This document shows, one piece after another, positions 51,701-64,000 of a stretch of DNA of 64,000 nucleotides (positions within the stretch are counted from its first letter, which is position 1; every line of letters begins with the position of its first letter). The stretch comes from Lama glama (Eukaryota): positions 73,720,001-73,784,000 of the forward strand of contig CM052817.1 in assembly GCA_028534125.1 (NCBI GenBank). The letters run 5' to 3'. The position numbers and the translations under genes were made by a program. The notes under the pieces were generated by a model. It saw only the letters and a list, made by a program, of their open reading frames with translations. It was not told the DNA's origin and made no database searches.

Positions 51701-53982
51701 CACATATTTTAAAAAGTACATCTAAAATTTCTGCAAGTGGTAAACTTCTTGGAAGCAGATTATTTTTCTCACACTTCTTAATAGTTTCAGGATGTGGCAT
51801 AATGCCTTGCTCATATATGATTGGAGGCTAAACATATGCATGTGTCCTCTTCAGGTAAAAGAATTAGCTTTGGTGTGTATTCCAATCATTCCTAACAGTA
51901 GATATTAACATTGATAATAGTATAAATAATAATGTTGACTCCTGGGCACTGTCTCTGGTGCATTGTGTACATTATCTCTTTTGATTTTCATTTGCTCTGT
52001 CATTATCGATGACAAACTGAGACAAAGATGATCATTCACTTGCTCATAATTTTCATCTCCAGGCAAAACTGCTTTTCCTAGTTCACGTAACAGTTCTACC
52101 TCTGCTACAGACCCCAGAGAATAATTTTTCAAATTTCTTTTTCTTCTGGCCCAAACTGTATTAGGGCCCAAGTGAGCTGATTCTCTTGAAGTGGAATCCA
52201 TGCAAAAGGTTTAAGGTGAAAAATTTTTACTTAGTCCTTTTTGTGAGTTATAAATGCTCTCTTTCTTCACAGTGTTCAAAATATGAACATGTGCTGTTGC
52301 TACCAAGGAAATCTGGCCTGAGAAATCTCCTCTCTTTAATTTTCTCTACAAAAATGTGACTTCTTGTTTCTCATATAAGAGTATTTTTTTCTTTAGATCT
52401 TTATTTCAGTTTCTATGTAAAATCATTAAAATCAGAATAACCAATGTAATAGAATAAAATGACCTTAAAAATCTGTATTTTTTTATTTTACAAAGCAAAC
52501 TGTCTTCTGTTATGTATATTTTACTACAGTTAAAGGAAAAGTGATATCTCTGCAGAGCTAAGTAAAATTGTGGAGAGTGGATAAAGTAGGACTTGTGATC
52601 AGTTGCAGCTCTCTATCTTTTACCTTATTCAATGGAGTGCATGATGTTTGAGTTACCTGGTAGTCATATCTAGATAGGAAAATGCAATTTCATTAGAAGA
52701 AAGAATGGTTTAGAAGCTCCCAGGAGACACTTTAAAAAGTGTGTGTCCAGGGAGCTGAGTTTGGCTTGGAATAGATTTCAGATGCCAAAGAACTACAGCC
52801 CAATAGTAATATCTTGCACTTAGACTCTTTATTTTAAAAAGTGTTTTCATGTGTTATTTAATTTCATTTTATCTTTCTAATGATGTGAATCAGCAATGAT
52901 TATTTTCATTTTGGATATGGGGAAAATTGAGGCACAAATAGGAAAACCAAGGTCTTATTACAAAATAGTGATGGAGCCACAGACCTATGGCCATTTGGTA
53001 TGGACCCATTTCTTTTAGTTATCTTCAGCATAATAGTATACTGTTTCCCATTTAGCTGTCTCCATACCTTCGATATCCACCAGAGAGATCCAAGACCCTA
53101 CCTACCTACCATGAGGGCCAGGTCCCTGACTTAGACACCATCCATTCTCTCTTGGTCTGGTCACTCTGGTGCAGGGACACTAAAAGCATTGCACAAAAGC
53201 AGGCAACTAGGAAGTTTACCCTTTAGGGATTCATGAGCCCTGTGACACTCAGTCACACATTCTCTTAGAGTATTCTTTTACCAAATGATTTTTAACACCT
53301 GGAAGACTATATTTTCTGAAATATGACTTGTGATCATTTTCATTCACTTTTCTGATCTATGTCTATACTATTGTACTTTTTCTTGGAATTTCTTTTGTGT
53401 TTAGTGTGTTTTGTGTTTAGTCCTTTTATGAGAACTTCAGGTACACTATATTTTTCTTTTTATTTTATTTTAATGGTAAGTGAGTCCAAATAAAATATTC
53501 TGATTTGGTATTCTTGATCCTATATTTTACTGAAAATTTACTTCTATTTTCATTGAATCCTTTTGCCTACTTTATGTTCACCACTCTTTGTTCTTTCAAT
53601 CTTGGAGATTTCATTCCAGAAGAAGACTTTTCTATTTGTAACATGGACATGATCAGGCTATTATTTTATTAGCTTTCAGATATTTAGACCATGACCATTA
53701 ATGCCAGTTACAAGGTTGCATGACCACTGATTACACGTCCAGAATTTTAGGGGTGCATACACCTACTACATGCAATGATAAATGTCTTTTCAGGTGTAGT
53801 GTCCAGTAATTTTTTCTTCATTAGCTCTTGCTCATTGTCATGAAGAATTTGAATTGGACTGTGAAGAGGAAGAAAGCCTACACAGTTGGCCACCATGCCC
53901 ATTACAGCAAATTGCTTCAGTATGGCCATCAAGCCATCCTTGGCTCTTAAAGTAAAAACTCATAGTGGAACATCCCATTCTA

Positions 53983-53983
<1 letters not shown>

Positions 53984-54029
<46 letters not shown>
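53984..54029. repeat. Perfect (CA)n microsatellite, ~23 units
   Basis: Directly visible; produces the spurious HTHTHT and VCVCVC ORFs. Confidence 0.95.
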
Positions 54030-54035
<6 letters not shown>

Positions 54036-54911
54036 GAAGTGGGATCTCTCATCACAGATTCCAAAATAAGATTTTGTTTTCAGCTTCCCTCCCACAAATA
54101 TATAAATATGGTTCTTTCTTAATTGGTCTGTTGGTTTTTTTGACAATTATTGTTGTAATATAAATTTTCTGAAGTTAAGATGATGGCATGTACTTGCATT
54201 TGACCAGGAATAAGAAAGAAATCAGGACATTTTTGTTGTCTTTTTGACTCTGAAAATCAGTTCATTGGGTGATTCCAAGTTTGCAAAAGCATCTGTGTTC
54301 CTTGATATTCCAAGTTAAACAAAGGAAATATGCTTTCTTCACTCTCTAGTATGCTTGGAGAAATGATGAGAATTGATGTGATGTCTTTGAAAATTTGCAT
54401 TGGATAGAACTATTTTCTCAGATCCCAGTAGAATTATAACATTAAAATTACAAGTCTGCTAAATACACATACGCATATCTGAAAAGACATGATACTATTT
54501 TCATTTGTAATAAGATAAAACAATTTTTCAATTTTGAAATAAAATTAATACACATATTTTGTCTTTATGCTCATTTATCTGGGTACAAGCGGGATGGAAA
54601 GTGAATACTAGTTGTCATTTTGTCCTGAAACCTGAATGAATTAAGGCCTAAACATCATAAAATCTAAATCTTTGGTAAATGTTCCATTTTTTTATTCCTT
54701 CACAAGCCTATCTAAGTCCAATATTATTGCATTTTAAAGGAACTAAATTTGTAGTGAGGTAAGACTTGTAGGGAGAAGAGTAAAATGGCAAAGATAGCTC
54801 CAAATTTCTCTTAATAATATAGAGCTCAAATTTCATACAGGAGACCCTTCTTTTTCTCTCCTTTCAAGTTAATATGAAGGATAAGCTACTCTGGCAGTAG
54901 ATATATAAATA

Positions 54912-55795
54912 GAAAAAATGCTCAATATTGCTAATTATCAGAGAAGTGCAAATCAAAACTGCAATGAAATATCACCTCACACCAGTCAGAATGGCCATTA
55001 TTAAAAAGCCCACAAATGATAAATGCTAGAGAGGGTGTGAAGAAAAGGGAACCCTCCTACACTCTTGGTGGGAATGTAGTTTGGTGCAGCCATTATGGGA
55101 AACAGGTTGAAGATTCTTTAAAAATCTAAAAGTAGACTTACTGTATAATCCAGCAATCCCATTCCTGGGCATATATCTGAAGGAAACTCTATTTTGAAAA
55201 GATACATGCACCTCAGTGTTCATAGCAGCACTATTTACAATAGCCAAGACATGGAAGCAACCTAAATGTCCTCTGACAGATGATTGGATAAAGAGGATGT
55301 GTGTGTACACACACACATGCACACACACACACAAAATGAAATACCCCTCACCCATAAAAAAGAATGAAATGATACCATTTGCAGCAACATGGATAGACTT
55401 AGAGGTTATCATACTAAGTGAAGTAAGCCAGAAATACAGGGAAAAATGCCATATGGTATCACTTGTATATGAAATCTAAAAACAACAACAAAAAATGACA
55501 CAAGCTTATTTAAAAATAGAAATAGACTTACATAGAAAAAAAAACCTTATGGTTACCAGGGATGGAAAGGGGTGGGGAAGGATAAAATGGGAGTTCAGGA
55601 TTCACAGATACTAACTACTATATATAAAATAAGCAACGAGGTCTTACTGTACAGCACAGGGAACTATATTCAATATCTTGTAATAGCATATAATGAAGAA
55701 GAATAGGAAAAGGAATATATGTGTATATAACTGAATTACTATGCTGTACACCAGAAACTAACACAACATTGTAAATTGACTATACTTTAAAAATA
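54912..55795 (+). mobile_element. 5'-truncated LINE-1 (ORF2 C-terminus + 3' UTR)
   Basis: Peptide MFIAALFTIAKTWKQPKCPLTDDWIK; 3' UTR shared with the other copies. Confidence 0.93.
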
Positions 55796-56194
55796 ATTAT
55801 CAGTGAAAAACAAACAAAAAAGTTAAGTAAAATAAAATAGAGCTGTAGCAGTCTGCCTTTTACTTCAGATCTCACAGCTAAATGTGTCTGTTCCACAACA
55901 ACTAAGATGCTAAGTGGAACTATCAGGAAGACCTCAAAGCAATGATCCTTCAAGGCAAGGATCGCAGAAAAAAACAAATTGTAAAAATGTGATACAACTT
56001 ACCAACAGAAAATTGTTGGAAGTAATCATTCAACCCCTTCCTCCTTTCCTCACTCACTCAGCAGGTATTTGGGGATTTAAGGTGTGCTCTCTAATGCTTG
56101 CTAGAGATACAGTGATGCAGCGGGGGTGGAGGTGGTGGAGCCTGAGGAAGTGATGTCTAAGTGGCTCTCTTTTTTTATACTCATAGATTATTTT

Positions 56195-57213
56195 ATTTTT
56201 TTAGTTTACTTTTCCCCCCGATTTATTGAGGTTTGATTGACAAATAAAACTGTGAGATATATGAAGTGTGTCGTGAAACAAGTCAGGCCAGTGTTGTGGG
56301 CGATAAAAGAATTTACCAAAGACAAAGACAAAGAACAGGAAGGGAGTTTAGTAGTTACGCTGTCACAGATAACAGTGGACCACAGAGACAGAGGTGCCTG
56401 TGCGAGCACCGAGGGCTGGTTGTTTGGGTCTTTTATAAGGTCGGGTCACAAGGTGCCTGATTGGCTCATGCACAAGTCTCTGATTGGTTGTAGGTGAGGT
56501 TAAGAAGTTTAGGATTTGTGAAGGGTGATGGGGTTTATGACTCTGATAAGGTGAGCTGAAACAAACCAGCCTGAGCTATTGTGAGATTAGGCATTACCTA
56601 GGGCTATTAGTTTGTTAGGGCAAACATGCCCAGGGAAGAATGTATTTTACCTGTTTAGGAGTCTCAGGCAGACATCTGAGGTCCCAGGAATAGGAGTCTT
56701 TGGACTTTGAAGGACTCAAGTTGGCCCCACAAAGTGTACAATGTGATGATGTGGTATACAGGTACTTTGTGAAAGAATTCTCCTCCACCAAGTTGATGAA
56801 CACATCCATCACCTCTCATATTTCTTTTACTTCCCCTTCCTTCCTTCCTTCCTTCCATCCTTCCTTCTGTCCTTCCTTCCTTCTTTCCTTCCTTCCTTCT
56901 TTTCTTTCTTTCTTTTTCTTTTTTTAGGGGGAGAACATTTAAGTTCTATTCTCTTAGGAAATTTCAGTTATACATGTTACCAGCTATAGTAACCATGTTA
57001 TACATTAGATCCTCAGACCTTATTCATCTCATAGGTGAAAGTTCATATACTTTTACCAACCTCTATTTCTGCCCCAGGCCCTGGCAACTACTTTCCTATG
57101 CTCTGTTCCTATGAGTTTGGTTTTTTTTCCCCCTAGATTCCACGCATAAGTGATACCACGTAGTACTTGTCTTTCTCTGTCTGACTTGTTTCACTTAGCA
57201 TAATGCCCTCCAG
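56195..57213 (-). mobile_element. Older LINE-1 3' end interrupted by a solo LTR and a (CCTT)n tract
   Basis: TTTATTGAGGTTTGATTGACAAATAAAACTG...AAGTG|TACAATGTGATG is continuous once the LTR is removed. Ends TCACTTAGCATAATGCCCTCCAGG. Confidence 0.8.
56269..56731 (-). mobile_element. Solo LTR of an endogenous retrovirus (463 bp)
   Basis: TG...CA termini; perfect 5-bp TSD AAGTG at 56264-56268 and 56732-56736. On the minus strand: two CCAAT boxes, TATAAAA, and a poly(A)-signal-like ACTAAA in U3-R order. Confidence 0.88.
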
Positions 57214-57219
57214 GGAACT

Positions 57220-58050
57220 GTTCTCTTAAAGAAGGGAATTGATATGAAACTTAGACGTAAGAGGAGATAAAGTGTGCTGTGGGAAAATGAAAGAGTATAT
57301 GCAAGAGCCTAAAAGAAATCTGGGAGCTGAAACATTTAGGGGAAATATGGTATATATGAGGCTTCAGAGAGAAAGCCAGATCTTTTCGGACCTTGTAAGC
57401 CATACGAAAGATTTTGTTTTAAGGTATTTATCCTAAGCCCAGTATGAGGTGGAAATGGGTGGTAGAACAAGATAAGCTTTAGATTTTGAAAAGGTCACCT
57501 GGTGCAGTTTGGAGAACAACTTGAAGGAGGCCAGGGCAGATGCAAAGCTATTTGGAGACTATTATAGAGGTTGACTCTAGACAATAGGTGATATTAGCTT
57601 AGAATGGAGTGCTGATGGTTTGGGTGATGGAGAAAGGGGACTGCATTGAAAAAGATGTAAGACCTATTTCAGAGCACTTGGTGATGATGGCATATGGAAG
57701 GTGAGGAAGAGGATGGTGACAAGGATGACTTCTGGATTTCTCCCTTACTTATCAGTGGACACGGTGATGAAGTCCACTGATACAGAGAATACTGGATAAG
57801 GACAGGGTTTTATTTTTGTTTTGGGTTTGATGGGAAGGAGGTTAGAGAACACAAGCTGTGTTATATATACATCCAAGAGGAGATTTTAACGGGAAGTTTG
57901 AGCTACAGGTCTGGAGCTTAAAGGAGAATTCTGCAATGAAATGAAGACATTTATGGGTCATCTGACAGAAATGGTCATTGACGTAATGGACTTAAATGAG
58001 ACTGCTAAAGCAGTGAAGCCAGGGAAAGGTGAAAGAGGGTCTAGGTTTTA
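57220..58050 (-). mobile_element. L2 fragment
   Basis: GACCTTGTAAGCCAT...AAAGGTCACCTGGTGCAGTTTGGAGAAC...AAGGATGACTTCTGGATTTCT motifs. Confidence 0.6.
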
Positions 58051-58254
58051 GGGAAATTTTTCATATTGGAGGAAATCAGATGATGAAGCAAATTTTGGAC
58101 ATATAGCCAAAAAATTGAAAAAGTTCTAGTAATTGTCCAGAGGACTCTGAGTCTTTAACGTAAAATGAGTGAAAAATAGCAGGCTTTGAAGAATTAGAAT
58201 GAGAACCAACCAAGGCTAGTGTAATAAGCATTTGATTTTAACTTGACAGGCTTC

Positions 58255-58500
58255 AGCGTATCAGTAGTTAAGATCAACAACTTGGAGTCAAATAATCTGG
58301 AATCCTGAATCCTGCTCCAACACCCACCCACTAACCTTGTGCTTTTGGACAAGTTACTTATCATATCTATGCCTGGATTTACTTATGTGTAAAACAGGAG
58401 TCTTTCTAGTACATAGAGTTTAGGGTTATTGTGACGCTCAAAGGAACTAGCACCATCCATGGCATGTAGTAAGCACTCTCTGTTAAATACTGTTGTTATT
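58255..58500 (+). mobile_element. MIR SINE
   Basis: TTGGAGTCA...GAATCCTGCTCCA...TTGGACAAGTTACTTA...GGCATGTAGTAAGCACTC. Confidence 0.65.
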
Positions 58501-60516
58501 TTTATTGTTTTTGGTGTTAGGGTCATGGGCATGGGAAGGCTGTTTCACTAAGTGGGAAGCAGTGGTTCAGTTGGTACTGACTCATTAGGTCCTGAATGAC
58601 TTTCCCTTTGTTTATTAGATATATCGATTCTTAAGAATAAGAGCATAGGGCAGTCTAGGTTTGCATTCACAAGTCAAGCACAGCAGAAAGGAGAGGAGAC
58701 CAGTGTGAACTAATAGAAACCTGGGAACTTAACTGATAAAAAAGAGAAGCCCAGAGACAATAAAAAATATCCAGCTATATCAGATTTACAGCTTCTACTA
58801 GCATGCCTCTTTCAACTGGTCTGAGCAAAAAAGTATTCTTGTATCAATGTGCACACCATGTATTGCAGCTAATGACAAAAATTCTACCAGTCATGGATTT
58901 GTTCATTGTTCTCGTTTATAACTAACATTTGATGATTGCACCGGCTGCAAAGACTAGAGGTAGCCCTTCTTTTCCTTCTTTATTCTAATACCATTGATCA
59001 GCAATCAAACAGCTTTGCATTTTGGAACTAGGTTCCACATACTACATCTTACATAGATACTTTGATGTTCTTTCTGTTTTCTGAAGATATTTGAAAAGTT
59101 TTTGACCTTCTAAATTAGCATTGTGCTTTGTGCTTTAACAAAAATTGTAGAGGCAGTAGGAAGGGGGACAGTATTCTATTTTGAGGGTGTCTCCCATGGA
59201 TGAACTACTAAGTAGTTGGCTTTATTTGGGGAGTATGAGTTCCTTGCATTCTCCCCATATTATGCCCTTCACTAAATTATTGTAGTTTAGAACTGGAAGG
59301 GAGTATTAAAGACATTGTATCTATAGCAGTTATTATACAAATTTGAAGTCAACACAGTCAGGTGTCTTACCCAGAGTCGTACTGGTGATCCTAGTCTTCT
59401 GATATCTGGTTAAAAAATTCCATATAATTTGAGTATCTATCTATCTGTTTGTCTGTCTGTCTGCTTATCTATCTATCTATCATCTGTCTTAACTTCACAA
59501 ATAACACGTGAATTTATACTTAAACAATCAAAACAATGAAAAAATGTATGTCACAAAAAGCATAATTCCCCTTTCCCATCTACCATGCCCTTCCTCAGAA
59601 GTAATTATTTTTCTAGTTTCTTTCTACGCAGTTAAACTCCCTTTATATCACATTATGATGCTTCATGAGCAATTACATTTTTATTGTTCCTTGATGGAAT
59701 TTTTCAGGTGTGCATGTCTAAAAACCTGAAAAGCATAGGAGATTTGAGAATATTTTATTATTCTTTGCTGCATTATTTGCACAGAGATCAGGCATTGCTT
59801 TCTTCATTTTATAGAGAGGAAACTGAGTTTAGATAACACTCATGGTCCCGGGTGATTTTTTAATACTCCAGACATTGCTTAATTACATAACCATATTGAA
59901 AGAATGACATTAGCATCCACATTATGTTTTAATTTTTTTTAACTTCGTATTTGGTGCAATTCCTCATAATTCTTTTTCAAGTGCTATTTTAACCAGTATC
60001 TTAAGTATGCATTTCCTTTCTTAATTGCAGTGCTCAATAACTTATTGAATATTTTACTATAAATTTGGATACAAATATATTACACTGTTAACTATAGCTA
60101 ACTGTTTATGTGTTGTAACTGAAATCTTCTGATTATTTCTACTCTGTTGAATGCATGAAAGAGAATACATGTTTTTAAGACATTAAAATTGCCAGTGATC
60201 CCTTTTGACATAGCATAGGTAGGCAGCATACTGAAGTGAATCAGAATACAAATTCTGAAGCTAGATTATCAAACTCTTCTACTTTCTACTCATGTAACAA
60301 TGCTTCAGTGTCTTCTTCATAGAAGTTGTTGTGAAAATTAAACTATTTTATTCACATATAGCATGTAGAACAACACTGGCATGAGAGCTGAATGACTGGT
60401 AGCTGTCATTGTCGCCAGATTCAGTGATGGGGCATTTGTGTAAGGGCAGCCATTCTGCAAGCCCTTGGCTGTCTGTTCTTAGCATGGTGAAGAATGCAAC
60501 TGCCAGTTCATTGATG

Positions 60517-61016
60517 NNNNNNNNNNNNNNNNNNNNNNNNNNNNNNNNNNNNNNNNNNNNNNNNNNNNNNNNNNNNNNNNNNNNNNNNNNNNNNNNNNNN
60601 NNNNNNNNNNNNNNNNNNNNNNNNNNNNNNNNNNNNNNNNNNNNNNNNNNNNNNNNNNNNNNNNNNNNNNNNNNNNNNNNNNNNNNNNNNNNNNNNNNNN
60701 NNNNNNNNNNNNNNNNNNNNNNNNNNNNNNNNNNNNNNNNNNNNNNNNNNNNNNNNNNNNNNNNNNNNNNNNNNNNNNNNNNNNNNNNNNNNNNNNNNNN
60801 NNNNNNNNNNNNNNNNNNNNNNNNNNNNNNNNNNNNNNNNNNNNNNNNNNNNNNNNNNNNNNNNNNNNNNNNNNNNNNNNNNNNNNNNNNNNNNNNNNNN
60901 NNNNNNNNNNNNNNNNNNNNNNNNNNNNNNNNNNNNNNNNNNNNNNNNNNNNNNNNNNNNNNNNNNNNNNNNNNNNNNNNNNNNNNNNNNNNNNNNNNNN
61001 NNNNNNNNNNNNNNNN
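60517..61016. other. Assembly gap (500 N)
   Basis: Run of N; the round length suggests a placeholder. Confidence 0.99.
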
Positions 61017-61164
61017 TCATTTTAGCCCTCCACTACACATGTTTTTGTATCTAAGATTTTAATATTATTTAAAATGATGTGTTAAATATGTATATAAATT
61101 AATAATTTTAATTTTAATAACTTAAAAAATTACCCAACTAGTAATATCAGACTGCTCTTGGAGG

Positions 61165-61390
61165 AAATATACCAAAAGCCACTGCAAAAATCAGTCTAAA
61201 TGGTAAAATATTAGAAGTATCCTCATTAAAGCCAGTAACAAGAAAAAACTCTTGTCAGTGATGCTATTCAGCATTGCATTCAAGCCCTAGCCAATGCAAT
61301 GAAATAAGAATATGAATGGGGGAAAAAAATAAAAATGTGGTTTTCTAGAAGATATAATTATTTAGGCAATCCAAAACTAATCAATTGTTA
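61165..61390 (+). mobile_element. Ancient L1 ORF2 (RT region) fragment
   Basis: AAAGCCACTGCAAAAATCAGTCTAAATGGTAAAA...CCCTAGCCAATGCAATGAAATAAGAA resembles the KPTANI.LNGE...LARAI segment. Confidence 0.55.
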
Positions 61391-62179
61391 AAATATGTTT
61401 ACATTCACTAATTTATTAAGAGCTTACTGTCTGCATAATTCTGTCCCATGCCTCACAGAAATGTCCTTTCATGGTATTCAGCTAAGATAGTCTTCAGTAT
61501 GAAAGCTGAAATGAATTATTTTCTTAAATAATTAAAAAATTAAATATGAAAGCAAAGTAGTAAGTTTCATATCTAAAAATGGTAGCTTAGGTCTTTAAAT
61601 ATTCAATATGAAATTAGATTTGTGAAGCACAGTCTAAAGCTTCATCAGAGTGTGCTCATGTAACTGAGTTCAACCAGATTTTTTGTTCTTTTCAAATCAT
61701 TGGGAAGTTTTTTGTTTAATGGTTTTAAAAGGTCACAAAGTCAACTCATTGTGAAAGTATACATCTTTTCCTTTACAACCAACAGCCCTTTAAAATTTTC
61801 AATTTTCAGAAATTGAAACACATGTGAACCAAAAATGTCATCAAAAGACATTTATTAACTATCTGATTGTACAAGAGATTCTCACACATGCTTGTCTGAA
61901 CACACTTGGTACAATGTTTTAAACTGTAACCCTTAGACAATTTTAGGTTTAAATGACATATTGGCTTGAAGACAGGAATAGCAGGAAACATAAGCAGTAG
62001 AATAAAACCTTGACATTAAAATGCAAAACAGTAATGATGTATCTTTTCAGGAGAGCAGGATAAGGACGTCACTAGGTGGACACAAACACAGAAACAGGGC
62101 ACATTCCACTCTACTTCTGAATAAGAGAAAAAGGGCGATGAAATATGTTAGTTAATCCAGGAAGTCTACATGCAGAGAT

Positions 62180-62415
62180 GCAGACTTTGAGAGACGCCAT
62201 AGTCTAGTCCTGACGAACCTCTATTCTGTCACTGTTTGTGTGACCTTGGGCTTGTTACTTAACCTCTCAGTGACTCCAGTTTCCCAACTTTAAAATAGGG
62301 ATAATAATATTGACTACACAGAGTCAATATAAAGATGAGGTGGTTTAGAACCCTGTGAAGTGCTTAGAACAGTGCCTGATACACAATAAATGCAATGTAA
62401 ATGTTAGCTATTACC
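62180..62415 (+). mobile_element. MIR SINE
   Basis: TGTGTGACCTTGGGC...TTACTTAACCTCTC...AAGTGCTTAGAACAGTGCCTG...AAATGTTAGCTATTA. Confidence 0.75.
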
Positions 62416-64000
62416 CTAATTATTAGGTATAATGGTATTACCTACTTAAGTTATGGAATAAGCAATAAATATTCTGGAGATCAATTGAGGGAAATATCTG
62501 TTATTTTGACTGATCTCACATTGGAGCTGTGAGATCATTATCATCTGGAGGAGAGGTAGAGAAAAGATTGTGCAGCATTTCATCTTTAGTGATTAGTAAT
62601 ATATAATTTTTCCTTAGTGTGATATAGGTTCAGAGCAAAGGGCATGAAGCTGAATAATTTAAAAAAAGCACTTGCTACAAACAAGAAAGAAAAATGATTA
62701 TATTTATTGAACACATACCATGTGCCATGTACTGTTGTTGCCATTGGCGAGGCAATGAAACACTTTCCGTTTTATTCACTTTTTGGTAGTTAAAACAACC
62801 CAACTAAAAAATATCACTTTTATTTTGTGTTATCTTAAATAATTAATTTTCTCTTTTCTGTTATTTTAACACAATTTACATTTTTCATCCCAGTATTTAT
62901 TTAACAAATTTTTTAAAATATGATTTAATAAAAGAGTAAATGCTTCTTTTTAATTTCTTACTCATGAAAAACACATTTTGAAGGCTGAAGATAAAAAATT
63001 GCTTGCTTAGAAAAGTCCTTGTTTTCTCGCTTTCAACTGTTCAAACTACTCTCTCTGCATCTTCTTGGTATATTTCAGGTCCCAGCCTCTTAATACATTA
63101 CTGTATGTCAGGAAAAAGCAATTTTGGCAGAATGATTTTATTACTAGTATTTGCCATAATCTTTCAATTTACTGAGAAAATCATTTAAAACAGTATAAAT
63201 TTTCACAAACCATTTTACCAATTTTTTTGTCACCTTCTGATTTTGTAATTAGATACTGTTTGAGGCCACCCTACAGGATGCTATGAGCAATCTCACACAA
63301 TACAAGCTTTCTCAAGGGGTGTAGTTTATAGTGTTAGGAAAGGAAAACACTCTCTATTGACAAATCAAATTCTAATGTTAGACCTTTAAAGATACTTACA
63401 TCTAAACAACCTGATTCTGCACTTACATGATTTAGTAAAAATTCACTTGCCACAACCAAAAGAAAGATAAGAATTCTGTTCAATGGCAATGATGATGCCT
63501 TATGAACACAAACTAGGAGTTTTCCCTTTTGCAATTAGTCTTTTAAAAGATTGCCATTTGAAAGCTTAATAATAATTATTATCTCAGCATCCATGACAAT
63601 TTATTGGGCAGGCATGCTCCAGAAAGCACATCTAACAGACCAGCCTGGTGTTTGTTTCTGGGTGCATTTTGAAGCCACTGCATTCAGGCAGGACTATCAG
63701 AATATATTTTTGTTTAAAATCTGATTTTTAATGGAAGAATAAGAGATGGATGGGGCATACATACAGCCTCTTATGGATGAGCTTTGAAGGGTTACATCTT
63801 CCCTCAAAATCGTTTGGGTACAAATTATAGCTTTTCTATTTTGAGATCAAGAACTCTATGCACCCAGATTTTTAAGCAGATCTAATAACATTTTTTGATG
63901 GAAAGTGCTGCTGTAGGTACCTCTAGGTTGGAGTAGGGCAGACTCTGTCTCTGTAAGGATATGTCACACTCGCAGTTTCAGAAATAGCATGAATCAACCT

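Noticed and set aside
60409..61062. Long ORFs of X residues
   Set aside because: Artefact of the 500-N gap.
47929..64000. Next ANK2 exon (NGFTPLYMAAQENH...)
   Set aside because: Not found by eye. It is probably beyond the window end, though the gap cannot be excluded.

Overview
AT-rich mammalian genomic DNA, most likely from a camelid (alpaca/llama/camel), judged by four Vic-1-type tRNA-derived SINE copies. The window lies inside the ankyrin-2 (ANK2) gene on the + strand. It holds three consecutive phase-0 coding exons of the ankyrin-repeat domain (23924-24025, 45594-45692, 47830-47928; equivalent to human exons 2-4). The intron between the first two carries two sense-oriented processed pseudogenes: an old RBM42 retrocopy, and a full-length SEH1L retrocopy with a target-site duplication and a CpG-rich 5' end. 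The rest is intronic: LINE-1 fragments (several with TSDs), two solo LTRs, L2/MIR/hAT relics, microsatellites and a 500-N gap. The most unusual items are a ~330-bp L1 whose 5' end is fused directly to its 3' end (possible spliced L1 retrocopy), a candidate small ANK2 cassette exon near 1097, the CpG retention and A>G bias of the SEH1L retrocopy, and an antisense solo LTR with intact promoter motifs. No prokaryotic features. Repeat family names come from recalled consensus sequences, and boundaries of old repeats are approximate.
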